Positions 59,084 through 64,000 of a stretch of 64,000 nt of DNA are shown here, one piece after another. How positions within the stretch are numbered: the stretch's first letter is position 1; each line of letters begins with the position of its first letter. This stretch comes from Bdellovibrionota bacterium FG-1 (GTDB taxonomy: Bacteria > Bdellovibrionota > UBA1018), in NCBI GenBank assembly GCA_051382295.1, contig JBBCAW010000003.1:32001-96000 (forward strand), given 5' to 3'. Position numbers and translations under genes: made by a program. The notes beneath the pieces are model-generated. The model saw only the letters and a program-made list of their open reading frames with translations, ran no database searches and was not told where the DNA came from.

Positions 59084-59162
59084 ATCTCCGTAGTATATGC
59101 GGCGATTAAACTCGCGTTTGCGGAGAATCGGCGCCATAATCTCCGTATGTTTTGCGGAGATT
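59084..59162. repeat. Repeated TCTCCG...TGCGG(A/C)GA palindromes upstream of the fic gene
   Basis: Imperfect palindromes at 59084-59106 and 59138-59162 plus a half-site at 59119. Confidence 0.65.
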
Positions 59163-59169
59163 ATGGCCG

Positions 59170-60270
59170 GTGAAATACATCCATGAACTCAAAAACTGGC
59201 CCGATTTTCAATGGGATCAGGAGCGTTTAGCGCCGCTCCTCGCTGCTGTCCGCCTTCGGCAAGGTCGACTGATTGGCCGGATGGAGGGGCTCGGGTTTAA
59301 GCTTCGGGCGGAGGCGGTTCTTCAGACTCTGACCGAAGATGTGCTGAAGTCGAGTGAAATTGAGGGCGAGAATCTCGATCGTCTTCAAGTACGGTCTTCG
59401 CTGGCGCGACGACTTGGGTTGGACGTAGGAGCGACCGCGAAGGCCGACCGAAACGTCGAAGGCGTCGTCGAGATGATGTTAGATGCCACCCAAAACCACG
59501 CAGCGCCACTGGGGGTGGATCGACTTTTTGGTTGGCACTGCGCGCTTTTTCCGACGGGTCGAAGCGGAATGTCTAAAATTCGCGTGGGTGACTGGCGAGA
59601 TGACAGTGCTGGGCCGATGCAGGTGGTGTCCGGTCCGCTTGGGAGGGAAAAGATTCATTTTCAGGCGCCTGAGGCGACTCGTTTAACAGTGGAGATGCGC
59701 GCTTTTATCGCGTGGCTGGATAGTAAAAAGTCCATAGACCCGGTTCTGAAGGCCGGGGTAGCCCATCTTTGGTTTGTGACTCTTCATCCTTGTGATGATG
59801 GAAATGGCCGCATTGCGCGCGCGATTACGGATTTGGCGCTGGCGCGTTCGGAGGATAGTCCGCAGCGTTTTTACAGTATGTCGGCGCAAATTTGTTTAGA
59901 ACGAAAAGCCTATTACGATATTTTGGAAACGACCCAGAGAGGTTCTTTGGATATTACGGCTTGGCTGGAATGGTTTTTGGGTTGTTTGGAACGCGCGTTT
60001 CACGGCGCCGAAGGGATCCTTGAGGCGGTGCTGCGGAAGGCGCGTTTCTGGGAGGCACATCGAGAGATTTCTTTAAATGATCGGCAGCGAAAAATAGTGA
60101 ATCGCCTCTTGGATGGGTTTTTTGGAAAGCTGACCTCTTCCAAGTGGGCAGTTTTGTGTAAGTGTTCGCAAGATACCGCGTCTCGTGACATCAGTGAACT
60201 TCTGGATCGCGGGGTTTTGATTAAAAACCCCGGCAGCGGGCGCAGTACGAGTTATTCGTTGGTGGCTTGA
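59170..60270 (+). CDS. Fic-family protein with N-terminal DUF4172 and C-terminal HTH
   Basis: WPDF.WD, SSEIEGE, HPCDDGNGRIAR, DTASRDI, GRSTSY. Confidence 0.94.
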   Translation: MKYIHELKNWPDFQWDQERLAPLLAAVRLRQGRLIGRMEGLGFKLRAEAVLQTLTEDVLKSSEIEGENLDRLQVRSSLARRLGLDVGATAKADRNVEGVVEMMLDATQNHAAPLGVDRLFGWHCALFPTGRSGMSKIRVGDWRDDSAGPMQVVSGPLGREKIHFQAPEATRLTVEMRAFIAWLDSKKSIDPVLKAGVAHLWFVTLHPCDDGNGRIARAITDLALARSEDSPQRFYSMSAQICLERKAYYDILETTQRGSLDITAWLEWFLGCLERAFHGAEGILEAVLRKARFWEAHREISLNDRQRKIVNRLLDGFFGKLTSSKWAVLCKCSQDTASRDISELLDRGVLIKNPGSGRSTSYSLVA

Positions 60271-60281
60271 TTTCTCAGAAG

Positions 60282-62399
60282 CTACCGCCCTCGGAGTTTG
60301 TCGAGTTGGGGAATCGGTGGACCCTCATCGAATTCGGGTGCGAGGCGTCTCAATAACTTTTCTGCATCCGCGAGGGGTCTTGCGATTCGATCGTCCAAAG
60401 ACTCGATGATTTGGCGAAGCTCTGCCGCTTTAATGCGCAGCGATTCAGGTATTCCGGAAGATGGCCTGAGCTCGTACTCGATGCGTCTCATGGCTTTATA
60501 GGCCTGGGCGCGCCAACTCATGAGTCCCTCACGAAATCTCTTGGTGTCGGCTTTGTTTTTCTCGAATACTGAGCGGCTCAAACTTTGATTCCAGGTTTCG
60601 ACCTCGCCGGTAGCTGCCAATAACTCATCGATGCATCTACTCATATAATCCTGAGAACGTTTGTCTTGAATTGCAAGGTTCACGGCGCGTTTTAGCTCAG
60701 AAGCGCGGAGATTAATGCGGATGATGGGACTCCGTTCGTTTCGTTCAATCGTATCCACATATTGGCGGATATGTAAAAACTCGTGTTGAGCAAGGTCCAT
60801 GTCGAGGCCGTCGGGCAGGTAGACCTTTGCGATGTAATGCCCTGAGCCTGGTGGTTCTTGTTGAGGTTCGTTGGCATTGGATGCGAGGGCTAATCCTCCG
60901 CGGCCGGTGTTTGCATGGTCTTCGGCCACGACACGGGCGGCTTCTTCGCCGTTGATCACTTCAACCGAGATACGGATACCTTTGTCCTTGAGTCGCTTTG
61001 AGGCATCCTCGGCGTAGCGTTTTGTGCCTTCTAGCATTTTGAGGTAGGTGGGCTGCGCTTTTGGATCATTCCAAGGGGTCGACCACTGGAGTCGTTCGGG
61101 CTTGATCGCTTTCGGCTTAGAAGGTCTTGCGATAGAGGGGGACAATAGCCGCTCCTCCTCTTGTTTAAGCCGCTCAATAAACTCGGGACCAAGTCGAGCT
61201 ACCGCATTGGCGCCGATGGGGCCACCATGGAGCATGGCTTTTACGGCTTGGATGATTTCGAGGTTCGTAATGAAATTTTCTCGATTGGGCAAAAATCTAA
61301 ATAAGCGCCAAATGGCATTAGCATTGCCTTGAGTCAGTCTCATGAGAGTCTCTAAAGCGTCATCCGTAATTCTCGCTCCGGTACCTAATGTTTTGGTTTC
61401 AAAAACATCACGTACAAATTGTGGAGTGAGTGGTTTCATTTCAAACCAATCTATTTCTCTTTCTTTTGGAGATAGCCTTTTAAACGTCTCTTTTACCGTT
61501 TTTTTCATTTTAGATACGGGAAGAAGATCCTCACCTGGGAAATTAAAATCGTTCAGGGCGAACGATTTTTTTACTATATATACCGGTGAAATCAAGATAA
61601 TGCGCAGTTCGTTTTGTTTAAGTAACTCACGAAGGAGGTCTCTCGTAGCTTTGTGTTCATGAAAATAGACTTCATCAATGATCAATACCGGAGTTTTTGT
61701 CGGATTAGCCTCTTTGGTGATTTTTACAAAACGAGCAATGATTTGTTGATAATCGAGATCATTCGGAATTGTATCATGAGGGAGCCAGAGCTTATCTAGA
61801 AGCGCGAAACGAAATTCCTCATTGAGGTCTTTAGGATCCAGCGAGTAGCGTTCTTGGCCCTCTTTTGTAGTGCCTTTAAAATGACTGCTCATGTCTTGAA
61901 TTTGTTTCATTGAGATAAAATAGGGAGCGATCGAGGGATCTTCCTCTTTTAATTCGGCGATGGCTTCAAATACCATCGTGGTTTTGCCTACTCCTCCGGC
62001 GTCGACGATAGCGGTAATTCCGGGGCGATTCGCTACTTTTTGAATATGTTTTTTGAATAGTCTTAAATTAGTGGGGTCGAAGAATGCATTGTTACGAGTG
62101 GATAGACCCCAAATGATCATGGGCACATCGAAACGCCAGTACCAGCCCATATTTGGTTTTGTCCGAATAGGTGTCACCCCCTTTTGAGGGTCAACTTTTA
62201 CGTCTTCGGCGACAATCGCAACAATAGGGCGCGTCGCTTGAAAGTCCTCCTTGAGGGGGGTGCTCATGGACTCCGCTACTCCAATCATGAGTGCTCTCAG
62301 AATTTGATCCAAGCACCGCAGTGGTTTTGGCGCGTCGGCCGCAAAGGCAGCTGGCGTCGCGAGGAGGAGTAGAAATAGTAAAAGGAGAACGCGGGTCAT
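60282..62399 (-). CDS. Signal-peptide-bearing protein with P-loop NTPase domain and HExxH motif
   Basis: MTRVLLLLFLLLLATPAAFA, Walker A AGGVGKT, Walker B VLIIDE, later HEFLH. Confidence 0.75.
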   Translation of the reverse strand: MTRVLLLLFLLLLATPAAFAADAPKPLRCLDQILRALMIGVAESMSTPLKEDFQATRPIVAIVAEDVKVDPQKGVTPIRTKPNMGWYWRFDVPMIIWGLSTRNNAFFDPTNLRLFKKHIQKVANRPGITAIVDAGGVGKTTMVFEAIAELKEEDPSIAPYFISMKQIQDMSSHFKGTTKEGQERYSLDPKDLNEEFRFALLDKLWLPHDTIPNDLDYQQIIARFVKITKEANPTKTPVLIIDEVYFHEHKATRDLLRELLKQNELRIILISPVYIVKKSFALNDFNFPGEDLLPVSKMKKTVKETFKRLSPKEREIDWFEMKPLTPQFVRDVFETKTLGTGARITDDALETLMRLTQGNANAIWRLFRFLPNRENFITNLEIIQAVKAMLHGGPIGANAVARLGPEFIERLKQEEERLLSPSIARPSKPKAIKPERLQWSTPWNDPKAQPTYLKMLEGTKRYAEDASKRLKDKGIRISVEVINGEEAARVVAEDHANTGRGGLALASNANEPQQEPPGSGHYIAKVYLPDGLDMDLAQHEFLHIRQYVDTIERNERSPIIRINLRASELKRAVNLAIQDKRSQDYMSRCIDELLAATGEVETWNQSLSRSVFEKNKADTKRFREGLMSWRAQAYKAMRRIEYELRPSSGIPESLRIKAAELRQIIESLDDRIARPLADAEKLLRRLAPEFDEGPPIPQLDKLRGR

Positions 62400-62408
62400 C
62401 TCCCTGTA

Positions 62409-62435
62409 GAATCGGTCGTTTGGCAGGGATTCTTA
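62409..62435 (-). promoter_or_regulatory. Sigma28-like promoter candidate
   Basis: TAAG-N15-ACCGATTC ending 9 bp before the ATG at 62399. Confidence 0.5.
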
Positions 62436-62543
62436 ATGAGTTTGTTTTTTGACGGTCCTCAGACTCTCGTTGGAATGGGATTGCTTGCCGCGTTGATCCG
62501 GCGTACAAATAAGCGCGAGTTTAACCCCGTTGGATAAAAAATT

Positions 62544-63395
62544 ATGGAACTTCACGCTAAGAACCCTCAATACCCACTTTTGGCGCTAACGGCTCTAGCG
62601 GTGCTTACAGTCACCGTTGCCCAGGCTGGTTCAAACCTGAAAGATCCTTGGGTCTCGACGCCTGAGCTTGTGTCGCATGGCAAGGCGCTTTTTCAGGCTC
62701 AATGCGCAGCCTGCCACGGTCCGGAAGGCAAGGGGAACGGCCCTGCTGCGGCGGTTTTAAACCCGCCGCCTCGTAATTTTTCGGTGACGACCGGATGGAA
62801 GAATGGTCGCAAGGTCAGTATGATTTTTAAGACTCTCAAAGAGGGGCTTCCGGGTTCGGCCATGGCGTCCTTTGGAACTTTGCCCGCTGATGACCGTTGG
62901 GCTTTGACTCACTATGTGATTTCACTTAACCCGACTGCACCCGAGCAAGATGCCCCGGAGGATTTCAAAAAGGCCGGAGTGGATACCAGTGGCAACGGCG
63001 TTGAAGCCATCGAAAAGTCAATTTCGGTGGATCTTGCGATCGAACGAATTTCAACCCCTGAAACCGAGAGTGGGGCTCATCTCTATCAGCCGTTGAGTGT
63101 GGAAATGGATGAACAAATGGGCGGCGGGGCGCGAGTTTACTCGAGCCGCTGTGTTCAGTGTCATGGTCTGAAGGGTGAGGGTGGAATCAAAGTGAAAAAT
63201 CTGGGCGTCATTCCCGTGGCATTTGTGACGACTCATCCTTTTTCCTCGGATAAAACAATGGTCACGCAAGAAGCTTTTGATCACGTCGTCATTCAGGGGT
63301 TTTCGGGTGACCTCATGCCGGGTAATGGGCAGTTGAGCGGGGGTGAACTTCATGAGCTCTATTTATTTGTGAAGAGCCTGCCGAACGGTCGTTAA
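62544..63395 (+). CDS. Dihaem cytochrome c
   Basis: Signal peptide, CAACH and CVQCH, PPPRNF, GSAMASF. Confidence 0.92.
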   Translation: MELHAKNPQYPLLALTALAVLTVTVAQAGSNLKDPWVSTPELVSHGKALFQAQCAACHGPEGKGNGPAAAVLNPPPRNFSVTTGWKNGRKVSMIFKTLKEGLPGSAMASFGTLPADDRWALTHYVISLNPTAPEQDAPEDFKKAGVDTSGNGVEAIEKSISVDLAIERISTPETESGAHLYQPLSVEMDEQMGGGARVYSSRCVQCHGLKGEGGIKVKNLGVIPVAFVTTHPFSSDKTMVTQEAFDHVVIQGFSGDLMPGNGQLSGGELHELYLFVKSLPNGR

Positions 63396-64000
63396 CTCCG
63401 GCATACCGATGAGCCGAGTGGTGAGGGGCAGCACGGCCCCCTGGGTTTGGCTTCGAGCAACTCCGACGTAAAGAGCGGCATTCATGAGGCTTAAATGCAC
63501 GGCGGCACTTGGAAAGTTGCCGGTCGTTTCGTGAGTTTCAAGATTAATTTGCTCTCCAAAAAGACCTAATGGCGTGGAGTAGGTGCATAGTTCGGCGAGT
63601 CGGTCGCTGGCTTCTTCGACTCTTCCCGAGAGAGCGAGACAGGAGATGAATAAGAAACTTGTCACGAGCTGGGCGCTATCCGTTTCAGATTGCCCGTCAG
63701 CATTGCGAAAATGTTGAAGGATGACGCCATCGGAGAGGTTTTGTTGAAGCGTGTTGAGCGTGTTTTGGACGCGGATGTCATCAAAGGGCAAAAAGCCGAT
63801 CAACGGAATCTGAAGGACGGAAGCGTCTAGGTCACGTTTACCGAAGGCCGAAGTAAACGTCAGAAGTTGGGAATCATATGCTTGTTGGCAAATGGTTTGG
63901 CGCAGAATTTGGCGTTCAGTGTTCCATCGTGCTGGCGCCTCTTGTTGGAGTTGGGCGGCCAGCGAGATTCCTCGGTCCAGTGCGGCCCAGCACATGATCT
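63363..64000 (-). CDS. Glycoside hydrolase family 15, C-terminal part (runs off the window)
   Basis: MCWAALDR, LDAS.L, LGLFGEQI, GNFP.A..HL. Confidence 0.9.
   Translation of the reverse strand, partial: IMCWAALDRGISLAAQLQQEAPARWNTERQILRQTICQQAYDSQLLTFTSAFGKRDLDASVLQIPLIGFLPFDDIRVQNTLNTLQQNLSDGVILQHFRNADGQSETDSAQLVTSFLFISCLALSGRVEEASDRLAELCTYSTPLGLFGEQINLETHETTGNFPSAAVHLSLMNAALYVGVARSQTQGAVLPLTTRLIGMPELTTVRQALHK

Noticed and set aside
1..64000. Prophage, IS, integrase, CRISPR-Cas, rRNA or tRNA genes
   Set aside because: None recognisable in the ORF track or by reading intergenic DNA; short or divergent RNA genes could be missed without a covariance search

Overview
A chromosomal window, about 50% GC by eye, from a Gram-negative bacterium. 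It is most likely a Bdellovibrionota (Oligoflexia/Bdellovibrionia-like) lineage, inferred from TIGR02147-type regulators, GNGG-motif secreted proteins, sigma28-like promoters and an alternative complex III. The core backbone is a bamA-skp-lpxD-fabZ-lpxA-lpxB-lpxK-lpxL-DUF3108-heptosyltransferase-GT4 envelope operon, then rpsA, sppA, rsmB-like, ssb and a peptidoglycan remodelling/recycling cluster (L,D-transpeptidase family, serine hydrolase, mpl, deacetylase). Further along are a Ser/Thr kinase, a response regulator, an HD-GYP protein, CBS/CGL transsulfuration genes, actA-F, a dihaem cytochrome c and a partial GH15. Accessory stretches are rich in toxin-antitoxin pairs (7 pairs plus a Fic gene) and gene debris, yet no integrase or transposase is visible. 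The most striking observations are: (1) two copies of a structured non-coding element (31352-31522, 52859-52955) with a near-identical core, completely different but perfect 17/18-bp closing stems and minus-strand GGA hairpin loops, each at the left edge of a TA/debris island; (2) a candidate sigma54-driven ~140-nt sRNA at 19.6-19.8 kb; (3) a TIGR02147 regulator coupled to modular secreted proteins; (4) a signal-peptide-bearing P-loop ATPase/HExxH protein behind a sigma28-like promoter. All family calls come from visual motif recognition, not database searches.
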